64,000 bases of DNA from Cenarchaeum sp. (lineage in GTDB: Archaea > Thermoproteota > Nitrososphaeria > Nitrososphaerales > Nitrosopumilaceae). The DNA lies in assembly GCA_965242695.1 (NCBI GenBank), contig CBDESU010000001.1, positions 1,696,001 to 1,760,000 on the forward strand, in the 5' to 3' direction. The notes beneath the pieces are model-generated. The model was not told the DNA's origin and did not search any database. It saw nothing but the letters and a program-made list of their open reading frames with translations. This document shows positions 1 to 9,446 of this stretch, piece after piece. Made by a program: the position numbers and the translations under genes. Numbering within the stretch: position 1 is the first letter of the stretch; each line of letters opens with the position of its first letter.

Positions 1-241
1 CCCGCTTCATTGCCTCCGCGGCCCGCGCCATCGAGTCCGTGTCCATCCTGTCCGGATCGCGTATTATCCGTCCGCGTTCCTCCGTAGACCGCTTCATTGC
101 ACTGGCAGCCTTGGCATAGGCCGCCCACGCCTTCTGGAACCGCTTGTGCGCCGCATGCGTGTGCATCGACCCCGCCCACGCCCTCGCATTGGCTGCCGCC
201 GCCCACAGCGTGGCCGCCGCATCCGGCCGTTCGCCGCCCAT
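1..241 (-). CDS. Hypothetical Ala-rich protein, partial (runs off the left edge)
   Basis: Manual translation from ATG at 241: MGGERPDAAATLWAAAANARAWAGSMHTHAAHKRFQKAWAAYAKAASAMKRSTEERGRIIRDPDRMD..., open to the edge; AT-rich CATAAAG about 25 nt upstream. Confidence 0.45.
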   Translation of the reverse strand, partial: MGGERPDAAATLWAAAANARAWAGSMHTHAAHKRFQKAWAAYAKAASAMKRSTEERGRIIRDPDRMDTDSMARAAEAMKR

Positions 242-910
242 GCCCCGCCGCCCCGCAGGCCGCCTTTATGCCGTTCGATCGGCCCGCGGCGCCCGCCGGC
301 GCCGCGGTCTTCTGCGGCCGCGGCATCAGTCCGCCCGTATGCTGGATCGGGCGCGGCTGCCAAGGCGCACTGCATGCCACGCGCCGGCGGCCGGCGCTAC
401 AGCGTACGTGCCTGCAACAAGGGCGATCGCCATCGCGCCGAACGCGGCAACGCCGGGCTCGGACTCCGCCTCGGCCAGATCGACTACCTGGAGGGCAAGG
501 AGCATCGGGCGACGAGGGCGGGCAGTCCTTCCCCCATACCGGACTATGACCTGTTTAGGATGCTTTGGCAGTTCGAGCCAAGGTGCCGCGCGGGGCTTGA
601 ATAGCCGGCCGCTGGGCTGCATTTTGAGAGCCGGCGTGCGGGTATGGCAGGCGCGCCGCCGCCCCGCCGCCGCCCGTCACCGCCGCCCCGGCCCCATGAC
701 ATCGGACAGCAGGGCAAAGTCCGAGCTGGACAGGCCGGCCAAGTCCGCATGCGATGCGATTGCGGACACGGCGATGCGGCGCCACTCGGGCATCCCAGCC
801 TACAGGCGCCGCGCGGCCCTCCGCCAGTAGTGCGCCGGCTCGCCCCTCCCAGGCGGTGTGCCACGTATTCGGCGAACAATGCGCAGCGGGCGGAGCCGCG
901 CCGCGCGCGA

Positions 911-1606
911 TCACTTGGCGGCCGAGCTGCCGCCGGTTGCACAGTACTCTTCCATGCATGCGTCAAGCAGCAGGTGCTGGGCCGAGAGCGACGCGGACGC
1001 GGCATCCAGCATCGCAGAACGGGCCGCGCGCGCATCCGGCCCCTCGCCTGCCGCACCGTCGAGCCCCTCGATGATCCCCCTCCACGACGCCGCATGCCTC
1101 ACGTCGGCCTCCGTATGCAGGACAAAGTACTCTATAGCGTCGTCGGCGTCGATGCCGTAAAACTCGGCGAGCCCCTCCATCTTTGTGCGGCTTATCTTTG
1201 GCAGCTCCTTTTCAAAGGCGTACATTGCGCACGCTCCGGCCGCGTACCCCGACGACGCGAGCGAGACCATCGCATCGACCGCCCGCGCGGTCTTTTCCAG
1301 CCCGCGGTGCGACTCTAGCTCCTCCCGGCCGACGCCGAGCGATGCGGCAAAGCCGGCCCACGGCCGTATGTGGTCGCGCTCCTCGGCCATGTTGGCCTCC
1401 AGCTCGGGCCTCTCCCCGGCCGGCGCGGCGGCGACGATCGGCGCCATCATCCTCGGGACGGCCTTTACGAGCTGGTAGTACTCCTTCGAGTAGCCCGCAA
1501 GCGACGGCATAGACAGCTCGCCCGCGGACCACGCCTCGTAGAACGGGTGCCTGAGCAGCGTGCGCTCCTCTATCATGCGGTCTATCGCGCCCGCTACCGT
1601 GCCCAT
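911..1606 (-). CDS. TenA/PqqC/CADD-family heme-oxygenase-like diiron protein (CADD-like, putative pABA synthase)
   Basis: HPFYEAW, EERDH, FEKELPKISRTKMEGL and HTEADVRH match the CADD/CT610 pattern; TATA-like ATTAATTA upstream. Confidence 0.8.
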   Translation of the reverse strand: MGTVAGAIDRMIEERTLLRHPFYEAWSAGELSMPSLAGYSKEYYQLVKAVPRMMAPIVAAAPAGERPELEANMAEERDHIRPWAGFAASLGVGREELESHRGLEKTARAVDAMVSLASSGYAAGACAMYAFEKELPKISRTKMEGLAEFYGIDADDAIEYFVLHTEADVRHAASWRGIIEGLDGAAGEGPDARAARSAMLDAASASLSAQHLLLDACMEEYCATGGSSAAK

Positions 1607-1772
1607 CGGCGGGCGCGGCGCCGGGCAGGTAATTAATCGTTGCCGGCGGCGCGCCGGCGCGGTGCAGGGCCGCGGCTCCTAGGCGTCCCCCGCGCGGGGC
1701 GCCCGCGAGGGCCGGCAGGCGCGGGGCGCCCGCGGCGGCCCAGGGGCGCCCGCGGCAGCCCGCATGCATTGC

Positions 1773-1779
1773 TTTAATT
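1773..1779 (+). promoter_or_regulatory. Putative archaeal TATA box of tRNA-Glu
   Basis: TTTAATT about 25-30 nt upstream of the tRNA in otherwise GC-rich DNA. Confidence 0.55.
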
Positions 1780-1803
1780 GCGAGCGCCGCGCGGCCCTGC
1801 CGT

Positions 1804-1897
1804 GCTCCTGTGGTGTAGTCCGGTCCAGCATACTGCCCTTTCAAGGCAGTGATCCCGGGTTCAAAGTCTAGCGATGAAAGTCCCGGCGGGAGCACCA
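1804..1897 (+). tRNA. tRNA-Glu(TTC) with 15-nt non-canonical intron (1866-1880) in the T-loop; CCA encoded
   Basis: Acceptor stem GCTCCTG/CGGGAGC; anticodon arm CTGCC-CTTTCAA-GGCAG; removing GTCTAGCGATGAAAG restores GGGTTCAAATCCC; bulge-helix-bulge TTCA-AAG...TGAA-AGT. Confidence 0.93.
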
Positions 1898-1945
1898 CAG
1901 TTTAATTATCCGCCCGGCCGCCCCCGCCCCGGCAGGCAGCACACC

Positions 1946-2800
1946 TTGGTTGCGGATGAGAAGAGGGCCGTCCCGCTCATGGGCGCGTACGAAGAGTACG
2001 TGCGGCGCATCGACGGCGCCCTAGAGTCCGAGCTGTCCCTGTACGCGCAGTCCGAGTTCATCGCCCCCCTGAGGTACGCCCTCGGCGGCGGCAAGCGCAT
2101 CCGGCCCATAATCCTCGTCCTTGCCGCCGAGAGCGTCGGGCGCGCCGACGGCAACGCCTACACCGCATCGTGCGCCGTCGAGCTGCTCCACACCGAGTCG
2201 GTCATACACGACGACATCATCGACAACGAGACGGACCGGAGGGGAGGCGACCCGTTCCACATAAAGTACGGGTACAACGCGAGCATACTCACCGGCGACT
2301 TTGTCCTCGGCCTCATACTGAGCATATCGTCAAAGCTCAACCGCCCGCGCATCACAAAGGACCTGGCCACGACGGCCATGCTCATGAGCGAGGGCGAGCT
2401 CATCGAGGAGCGCCTCGAGTCGAGCGGCGACGTCACGTTCGACGACTACCTAAAGGTCATCGAGTACAAGACTGCCACCGCGTTCGAGGTGGCCGCCAGG
2501 ATAGGCGCCGTCATCGGCGGCGGCACGGACGAGCAGGTGGAGTCGCTCACAAAGTTCGGCCGCAACATCGGCATCGCGTACCAGATCAGGGACGACCTGA
2601 CCGACTGGAAGAACGAGGACAAGCTCTTCAACCTGCTCATCAAGAAGAGCAACGATCCGCGCGACGTGTTCGACCGGATGGAGGACATGCTAAAGTCGTA
2701 CTCGGGCAGGGCGCGTGCCGGGCTGAGGGGCGTGCCCGAGGGGCCCGCCAGGGACAACCTCGAGGCGCTCGTCGAGTTTACGATGTACAGCAAGCCGTGA
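1946..2800 (+). CDS. Polyprenyl synthetase (geranylgeranyl diphosphate synthase-like)
   Basis: GGKRIRP, HDDIID..RRG (FARM), KTA and YQIRDD motifs; start TTG 1946 or ATG 1979, because the track start overlaps the tRNA. Confidence 0.9.
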   Translation: MVADEKRAVPLMGAYEEYVRRIDGALESELSLYAQSEFIAPLRYALGGGKRIRPIILVLAAESVGRADGNAYTASCAVELLHTESVIHDDIIDNETDRRGGDPFHIKYGYNASILTGDFVLGLILSISSKLNRPRITKDLATTAMLMSEGELIEERLESSGDVTFDDYLKVIEYKTATAFEVAARIGAVIGGGTDEQVESLTKFGRNIGIAYQIRDDLTDWKNEDKLFNLLIKKSNDPRDVFDRMEDMLKSYSGRARAGLRGVPEGPARDNLEALVEFTMYSKP

Positions 2801-2808
2801 CGGAGCGG

Positions 2809-4314
2809 CTACGGCGATCCGGCCGCGATGGGCACAAACACGGGCGCGGCGCTCTCGGCGAGCTGTATGAGCGGCTCGGGGTACACGCCGAACCCGACCA
2901 TGAACAGGATCGAGAATATCATTACGGCGACGACCGGCCGCGGCTCCGACCTTACCCTCTTTTGGTCCTCGCCCTCAAAGTACATCTTGCGGATTATCCA
3001 GCCATAGTACGCCAGCGACAGGGCGCTGTTGAGGACGCCGGCTACCGCAAGCCACGGGGCCCAGCCGGCCGCGGCCGACGAGACCTGCCCGGCGTCGAGC
3101 GCGCCGCCAAACAGCATCAGCTTGCTCCAGAACCCGTTGAGCGGCGGCACGCCGGCGAGTGCGAGCATCGAGATCACCAGGCCGAGCGACGTGATCGGCA
3201 TGCGCCGCCCCAGGCCGCGCAGCTTGTCCAGGTGCGTGACGGCCAGGGCCGCCGCAATGCCGGCGAGCGCGATGAACGCGGCGCCCTTCATGACGGCGTG
3301 GTTGAGCACGTGCAGCATGGCACCCGCCATCCCGACGCCCGAGTAGGGCGCTATAGACAGGCCGATGAGGATGTAGCCGGCGTGCCCGATGCTAGAGTAC
3401 GCCAGCATGCGGGCGAGGTTCTTTTGCATGATGGCAGCCACGTTGCCGACCGTCATCGTCATGACGGCGATGATGCCCAGCGCCAGCGTCCAGTCGAGCT
3501 GGAGCGCGGCCGCGCCGATCAGGACGACGCGCAGCGCGGCGGCAAAGCCGGCCTTCTTCGTGCCGGCGGCGAGCAGCGCCGCCACCGGCGGGGGCGAGCC
3601 CTCGTACGCGTCGGGCAGCCACATGTGGAACGGGACCAGGCCCATCTTGAAGCCGAACCCCGCGATGAACAGGCCGGCGGCGAGCAGTCCGAGGGGCAAA
3701 AACTCGGCGTCGAGCGCCGCAAAGCCGGCGAGGACCTCGGCGATGTTCGTAGAGCCGGTCAGCCCGTACGCTATCGAGATGCCGTATATGATGAGCGCCG
3801 ATGCGAGGGCCCCGAACAGAAAGTACTTTATGGCAGCCTCGTTCGAGCTCGGGTTGCGCTTGTGGAAGGCGGCGAGCACGTACGTCGGTATGCTCATCAG
3901 CTCCCAGGCGACGAACAGCATGACAAGGTCCGTCGAGTACGCGACGAGGACCATCCCTATCGCGGATAGCAGTATGAGGGAATAGTAGACGGCGTGGTGC
4001 CGCATGCGGCGCATGTAGGTTATCGAGCCGGCCGTCGTCATTATGGCGACGATGAGCATCGCGATCGCAAAGAAGCCGCCGAACATGTCGTCCGACACGA
4101 CGTCCTCGGAGAGCAGTACAGACGGCATGACCTGCTCGGTGGCCACCTGGTACACGGCGTACCCGATGGCCGCCACGAGCGCCCCGAACGCGATCGCCGC
4201 GTAGAACGAGTTGGACCCGCGCTCCTTGCGCGCGATGCTGATCAGCGGCAGTACGACGCCGACTGTCCCGAGTATGGCCACGATGACCATCGGCGTAGAG
4301 GTCGCCTCGATCAT
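2809..4314 (-). CDS. nuoN: NADH-quinone oxidoreductase subunit N
   Basis: EAAIKYF, FKMGLVPFHMWLPDAYEG and RMLAYSSIGHAGY motifs; last gene of the nuo operon. Confidence 0.95.
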   Translation of the reverse strand: MIEATSTPMVIVAILGTVGVVLPLISIARKERGSNSFYAAIAFGALVAAIGYAVYQVATEQVMPSVLLSEDVVSDDMFGGFFAIAMLIVAIMTTAGSITYMRRMRHHAVYYSLILLSAIGMVLVAYSTDLVMLFVAWELMSIPTYVLAAFHKRNPSSNEAAIKYFLFGALASALIIYGISIAYGLTGSTNIAEVLAGFAALDAEFLPLGLLAAGLFIAGFGFKMGLVPFHMWLPDAYEGSPPPVAALLAAGTKKAGFAAALRVVLIGAAALQLDWTLALGIIAVMTMTVGNVAAIMQKNLARMLAYSSIGHAGYILIGLSIAPYSGVGMAGAMLHVLNHAVMKGAAFIALAGIAAALAVTHLDKLRGLGRRMPITSLGLVISMLALAGVPPLNGFWSKLMLFGGALDAGQVSSAAAGWAPWLAVAGVLNSALSLAYYGWIIRKMYFEGEDQKRVRSEPRPVVAVMIFSILFMVGFGVYPEPLIQLAESAAPVFVPIAAGSP

Positions 4315-4403
4315 GGCCGGCCGCCCCCTGTCCGCTCCGCCGGAGCCGCGGCCGATGCCGGTGCCGCCGGTGCCTTCGTCGCCATGCCCACGATCGTATC
4401 CAT
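4311..4403 (-). CDS. Possible small ORF (about 30 aa) between nuoL and nuoN
   Basis: MDTIVGMATKAPAAP... fills the gap, and its TGA overlaps the nuoN ATG (ATGA). Confidence 0.3.
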   Translation of the reverse strand: MDTIVGMATKAPAAPASAAAPAERTGGGRP

Positions 4404-4423
4404 TTCAGCCACCACACATACAC

Positions 4424-6505
4424 CTACATCAAAAGTATCAGCACCACGAACAGCAGCCCCGCCCCGAACACGAACAGGTACGACTGCGAGACGCCCGTCT
4501 GCGTGCCCTGCACGACCCGGGCCCCCCACCCGGCGGCGCGCTCAAAGCCCACGTTCATGCCGCGGTCGATCGCGGTCTTTTCAAAGTAGCGGAAGACGCC
4601 GCGGGCGACCCACAGCGGGGCGACGACGAATGCCCAGTATACCATCGCGTTGAGGTACCACCTGTTGAGGAGCAGCTTGTGGATTCCGTAGAAGACGGGG
4701 TTTGACGCGACGAACCGCGCGGGGTCGACCCAGCGGCCGATGTAGAACACGTACCCGAGCCCAATGCCGACCGAGAACGCGACGAGCGACGCCCCGAGCG
4801 CGACGGGGTTTATCCCGGCGAGCATGCCGCCGAGGGCGCCCGCGGCATAGTCCTCGTGGGGCGTGTGTATGCCGAACGAGTCCTCTAGGTACACCTCGAA
4901 CAGGTGGTGCATGCCGCCCTCGACGGACAGTCCGATCAGGCCGAGCCCGATGGTGAACGCGGCGAGTATGCCGTACGGCGCCCACATGGACAGGGGCGCC
5001 TCGTGGACCTGGCGGCCGGACGCCTCCATCCTGCGCACGTGCTCGCTCTTTGGCCCAAAGAAGACCATGCCGATCATGCGCGTCGTGTAGAACGCGGTAA
5101 TGACCGCCGCCAGGACGGCCATCGAGAATATGGGCAGGGCCCAGGCGTTCGACGACTCGTAGACGGCGGCAAATATGGCGTCCTTGCTCCAGAACCCCGT
5201 CGTGATGAACGGCGCGCCCATCAGGGCCAGGCCGGCGGCCCACATGAACGCGTGCGTCTTGCGCATGTGCCTGCGCAGCCCGCCCATGTCCGTCATGAAC
5301 CGCGAGCCGACCACGTGTAGCAGCGAGCCGGCGGCCATGAACAGCGACGCCTTGAACATGGCGTGCGAGACGAGGTGGAAGAAGCCGGCCGTGTACCCGT
5401 CGACGAACCTCTCGGACAGGCCGGCCACGCCGAGGGCCATCATCATGTAGCCGATCTGCGAGCCCGTAGAGTAGGCGAGGACCTTTTTGATCTCGGGGTT
5501 GGCCATGCCCTGCGTGGCGAGCAGGAGTGCCGTGACGGCGCCGACCCACGCGATGACCTCGAAGAACTGGACCGCGAGTATGCCGGCGGCCGAGAGGGCA
5601 AAGAACAGCGGGCCGAGGCGGGCGACAAGGAACACGCCTGCCTTTACCATGGTCGCCGCGTGTATGAGGGCAGAGACGGCCGTCGGGCCGGTCATCGCCT
5701 CTAGCAGCCACTCGTTGAGCGGGAACTGCGCCGACTTGCCGATCGCGCCGCCGAACAGCAGGACGGCGGCGGGCACGAGCAGGCCGGCCGCGGACATCTC
5801 GACGGCCCACGCCGTCTCGGTCGCAAGCTCGCGGAAGCCGAACGTGCCGGCGTACGCGAATATGAGCAGCATGCCGGCGATCATCATGACGTCGCCGACC
5901 TTTGTCATGATGAACGCCTTCATGCCCGCGTGCGTCGGCGAGTAGTAGTCTAGCAGGCCGAGGACGCTGCGCCCCTCGCGGCCGACGTGGTCCTTTTTCT
6001 TGTCGCGGTACCAGAAGCTGATGAGCGCGTACGAGGCGAGCCCGACCCCCTCCCAGCCGAAGAAGACCTGGAGCAGGTTGTCGGACAGGACGATCAGCTG
6101 CATCGAGCCGATGAAGAACGACATCCAGAACCAGAACCGCACCAGGCTGCGGTCGCCCTTCATGTAGCCGGTGCTGTATATCAGGATGAGCAGCGATATC
6201 CACGCGACCACGTTGGCCATGATGACGGCGAGCGGGTCGGCCAGGACGCCGGCCTTTAGGCCGATCGCGTCGATCCACCCGATCTGGTCGTGGACCTCGC
6301 GCGCCTCTAGCGCGCCGCCGAGCAGCGAGGCGGCCGAGACGGCGCTTGCCAGGGCCAGCGCGATCGCGACGTAGCCGGTGGCCCTGACAGACGCCTTGCC
6401 GACGGCAGGTATTATCAGGGCGGCGACGAACGGCAGTATCCACACGAGCCAGGCGCCCTGCGCGCCTAGGTCGAACGGGAGGGCAAACGCCGCCTCTGCC
6501 GCCAT
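4424..6505 (-). CDS. nuoL: NADH-quinone oxidoreductase subunit L
   Basis: GWEGVG, GKSAQFPL, AMTGPTAVSALIHAATMVKAG and HAMFKA motifs. Confidence 0.95.
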   Translation of the reverse strand: MAAEAAFALPFDLGAQGAWLVWILPFVAALIIPAVGKASVRATGYVAIALALASAVSAASLLGGALEAREVHDQIGWIDAIGLKAGVLADPLAVIMANVVAWISLLILIYSTGYMKGDRSLVRFWFWMSFFIGSMQLIVLSDNLLQVFFGWEGVGLASYALISFWYRDKKKDHVGREGRSVLGLLDYYSPTHAGMKAFIMTKVGDVMMIAGMLLIFAYAGTFGFRELATETAWAVEMSAAGLLVPAAVLLFGGAIGKSAQFPLNEWLLEAMTGPTAVSALIHAATMVKAGVFLVARLGPLFFALSAAGILAVQFFEVIAWVGAVTALLLATQGMANPEIKKVLAYSTGSQIGYMMMALGVAGLSERFVDGYTAGFFHLVSHAMFKASLFMAAGSLLHVVGSRFMTDMGGLRRHMRKTHAFMWAAGLALMGAPFITTGFWSKDAIFAAVYESSNAWALPIFSMAVLAAVITAFYTTRMIGMVFFGPKSEHVRRMEASGRQVHEAPLSMWAPYGILAAFTIGLGLIGLSVEGGMHHLFEVYLEDSFGIHTPHEDYAAGALGGMLAGINPVALGASLVAFSVGIGLGYVFYIGRWVDPARFVASNPVFYGIHKLLLNRWYLNAMVYWAFVVAPLWVARGVFRYFEKTAIDRGMNVGFERAAGWGARVVQGTQTGVSQSYLFVFGAGLLFVVLILLM

Positions 6506-8176
6506 CTACGGCGCACCTCCCATTGCGGCCGCCGCGGCCGGCTGCGCGGCCCCGACGACCCCCTCCATGTACGGGACTATCCCCTGGAGGAATATGTCGG
6601 GGTATATTCCAAGGACGACGGTGAAGCCTGCCAGGACCATCATCGGGGCCGTCATGTACCAGTTCGCCTCCTTGACGTGCGCTATCTTTTCGGGGATCTT
6701 GCCAAAGAAGACGCGCTTTAGCATCCACAGCATGTACGACATGGTGAGGGCCGTGGCGACCAGGCCGAGCCCGAACGTGGCGAACCGCAGCGTAGAGCCC
6801 TCGGCGATGGCGGTCTCGATCGCGCCGTAAAAGACGATCCACTCGCCCATGAACCCGCTCGTCGGGGGCACGCCCATGATGGTCAGGGCCCCGATGACGG
6901 CGCACACGGCCGTTATCGGCATGCGGCCGGCCAGCCCGCCGAGCTTTGAGATGCTGCGCGTGCCGACCTGCACGATGATGACGCCGGCCGTCATGAAGAG
7001 CAGCCCCTTGCCGAGCGCGTGCGTAATGTACATCATCTCGGCGCCGGCCAGCCCTAGCGCAGAGTACGTGCCGATGCCGAACAGCAGGTACCCCATCTGG
7101 CTCACGCTAGAGTATGCGAGCATCCGCTTGAGGTCGTCCTGCATGAGGGCCATGGCGCCGCCGTATATCATCGTGACAAGCCCCCACACATGGAACCATA
7201 TCGCAAGCTCGGCGTACTGCATGGGCAGGAACTCTACGATGAGGCGGAATATGCCGTACGCGCCGATCCCGATCATGACGGGCGAGAGGAGCGCGCTGAT
7301 CGGCGTCGGCGCCGCGCCGTGCACCCAGGGCAGCCATATGTGGAACATGAACGCGGCCAGCTTTACGCCTAGGCCGATGGCAATGGCCACGGCGGCGAGC
7401 ATGACGACGTCGGCCGGGATCGCCGCCTCGTCGATGTCGGCAAAGTCGTAGCTGCCCACGCTCAGCCCGATCGTGAGGAAGCCGAGCAGAAGGACGACGG
7501 CGCCGACGTGCGTCCAGAACAGGAACATGAGCGCGATGCGCCGGCGCGGCCCGTCGCCCCAGAACGCGACCAGGAAGAAGCCGGGTATGAGCATGACCTC
7601 GAAGAAGATGTAGAACTCGATGAGGTTCGTGGCCAAGATGGTGCCGAGCATGCCCATGGCGAACACGAGGAACAGCGCATAGTAGACGCCGGACTGGTGG
7701 TTTACGTACCTCTCGAGATCGGCCTTGTCGTGCGGCGGCGCGGCCGCACCGGCGTAGCCGCCGCCCTGCGCACCGAGGCTCTGGCCGGAGCGCGGCGATG
7801 CGCCGGCCGCCGCCTCGGCCTGCAGGGCCCCGCCGCCGTGCCTTGCATGGTACATTTCGTGGAACTTGTGGATCATGTACGGCTTTGAGTACAGGGCCAG
7901 GATGGCGCTGAGCACGTAGATCATGATGGCAAACGGCGATGCCAGGCCGTCCATGAGCAGGCCGAACTCGCCGAACATCGTGGTCCACGGGTAGTGCTCC
8001 TCGTACGTGCCGCCCTCTAGCGCGACCATTACGACGAGGACCGAGCAGTACAGCAGTATGCCAAACGTCAGCCACGTCGCCGCAGTCGGGCCGGCCCGCC
8101 GCCCCACAAGGTACGCAACGGGCGAGAGCAGGAGCGGTATGAAGACGGCCTGCAGAAGAGAGTACTCCATCGCCAT
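6506..8176 (-). CDS. nuoM: NADH-quinone oxidoreductase subunit M
   Basis: FYIFFE, FHIWLPWVHGAAP, DLKRMLAYSSVSQMG and PPTSGFMGE motifs; Gly/Ala-rich internal insertion. Confidence 0.95.
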   Translation of the reverse strand: MAMEYSLLQAVFIPLLLSPVAYLVGRRAGPTAATWLTFGILLYCSVLVVMVALEGGTYEEHYPWTTMFGEFGLLMDGLASPFAIMIYVLSAILALYSKPYMIHKFHEMYHARHGGGALQAEAAAGASPRSGQSLGAQGGGYAGAAAPPHDKADLERYVNHQSGVYYALFLVFAMGMLGTILATNLIEFYIFFEVMLIPGFFLVAFWGDGPRRRIALMFLFWTHVGAVVLLLGFLTIGLSVGSYDFADIDEAAIPADVVMLAAVAIAIGLGVKLAAFMFHIWLPWVHGAAPTPISALLSPVMIGIGAYGIFRLIVEFLPMQYAELAIWFHVWGLVTMIYGGAMALMQDDLKRMLAYSSVSQMGYLLFGIGTYSALGLAGAEMMYITHALGKGLLFMTAGVIIVQVGTRSISKLGGLAGRMPITAVCAVIGALTIMGVPPTSGFMGEWIVFYGAIETAIAEGSTLRFATFGLGLVATALTMSYMLWMLKRVFFGKIPEKIAHVKEANWYMTAPMMVLAGFTVVLGIYPDIFLQGIVPYMEGVVGAAQPAAAAAMGGAP

Positions 8177-8178
8177 GC

Positions 8179-8484
8179 CTATCCCCTCAGGCTCCTAAAC
8201 TCGGCAACGTCGACGTTGCGGTACATGCGGTAGGCCACTATGATCAGCGACAGGCCGACGGCGACCTCGGCCGCCGCGATGCCGATCGAGAACAGTGCCA
8301 GCGTCTGCCCCCCGCTGTCGGGCAAAAACCTGGCGAACGCGACAAGGTTGAGGTTTGCCGCGTTGATTACGATCTCGACGGCAAAGAGCATGCGGATGAA
8401 GTTGCGCTTTACGGACAGGCCGTATATGCCGATGGCCAGGAGTGCAACGGATACGAGTGCAAAGTCCACCAGCTCTCCGGCCAT
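8179..8484 (-). CDS. nuoK: NADH-quinone oxidoreductase subunit K
   Basis: EIVINAANLN and AAAEVAVGL motifs. Confidence 0.93.
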   Translation of the reverse strand: MAGELVDFALVSVALLAIGIYGLSVKRNFIRMLFAVEIVINAANLNLVAFARFLPDSGGQTLALFSIGIAAAEVAVGLSLIIVAYRMYRNVDVAEFRSLRG

Positions 8485-8489
8485 GCGAG

Positions 8490-9446
8490 TCACACCCCTC
8501 CGCCCGTGCCGCCGCTGCCGCCGGACGCGCCAGGCTTGTCGTCAGAGGGCGGCGAAGACTCTTGATCGGCCGCACCGTCCCCGCCGGCATCGGCATCGGC
8601 GTCTGGCGCGGCAGCCGGCTTGTCGGCAGGCTTGGGCGCAGCATCGTCGGGCGCGGCAGCCGGCTTGTCGGCAGGCTTGGGCGCAGCATCGTCGGGCGCG
8701 GCCGCCGGCTTGTCGGCAGGCTTGGGCGCAGCATCGTCGGGCGCGGCCGCCGGCTTGTCGGCAGGCTTGGGCGCAGCATCGTCGGGCGCGGCCGCCGGCT
8801 TGTCGGCAGGCTTGGGCGCAGCATCGTCGGGCGCGGCAGGCTTCGCAGGCGGGGGCGCCTCCGCCGCCTCCGGCGCGGCGCCCGCGGCCGCCGCAGGAGC
8901 CACGGCCAAGGCCGCCCCGTCCCCGCCGCCGCCGCCCTCGCCGTCGTCATCCTCGTACTCGTCCTCGCGGCGGGCAAGCACAAGGGCCCCCGTCACCGAC
9001 GAGGCGAGTATCAGGCCCATCAGTACGAGCGCCGGCCAGTAGTACGTGAGCAGGTCCTCGCCGATATCCTGGAACTCTACCGGCGGCGAGTCCGTCCACA
9101 CCTGCTTGAGGCCCGAGTCTATGACGATCGCCCCCAGGGCCAGCATTACGACGAGCATGAGCCCGATCCCCGCGTACCGCCGCCGCACGTCCTCGACCTT
9201 TGTGAAGATCAGCTGGCGGCGCACGAGCATTACCGTGAACAGTATGAGGACGGCTATCGATCCGACGTACACCGCGATCTGGAAGAGTGCCACGAACGGG
9301 GCGTCGAGCATGAGGAAGAACCCCGCGATCCCGCCGAGCGTCCCCATGAGGGCGAGCGACCCGTACACGAGCGAGCGCAGCTCGAGGGCGGCTATCGCGG
9401 AGCCTATCGTGAGGACCGACAGGGCCACGAACGCTGCGTCAGCCAT
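8490..9446 (-). CDS. nuoJ: NADH-quinone oxidoreductase subunit J with a long low-complexity C-terminal tail
   Basis: QIAVYVGSIAVLILF NuoJ core, followed by about 150 aa of Ala/Pro/Asp/Lys repeats. Confidence 0.92.
   Translation of the reverse strand: MADAAFVALSVLTIGSAIAALELRSLVYGSLALMGTLGGIAGFFLMLDAPFVALFQIAVYVGSIAVLILFTVMLVRRQLIFTKVEDVRRRYAGIGLMLVVMLALGAIVIDSGLKQVWTDSPPVEFQDIGEDLLTYYWPALVLMGLILASSVTGALVLARREDEYEDDDGEGGGGGDGAALAVAPAAAAGAAPEAAEAPPPAKPAAPDDAAPKPADKPAAAPDDAAPKPADKPAAAPDDAAPKPADKPAAAPDDAAPKPADKPAAAPDDAAPKPADKPAAAPDADADAGGDGAADQESSPPSDDKPGASGGSGGTGGGV
8601..8838. repeat. 45-bp coding tandem repeat, about 5 copies (DDAAPKPADKPAAAP), in nuoJ
   Basis: Near-identical 45-bp units visible in the sequence. 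Confidence 0.9.

Noticed and set aside
94-900. Several overlapping ORFs, including 146-604 with a protein-like tail (LGQIDYLEGKEH...DYDLFRMLWQFEP)
   Set aside because: No recognisable motif or clear start; possibly a remnant, but unsupported
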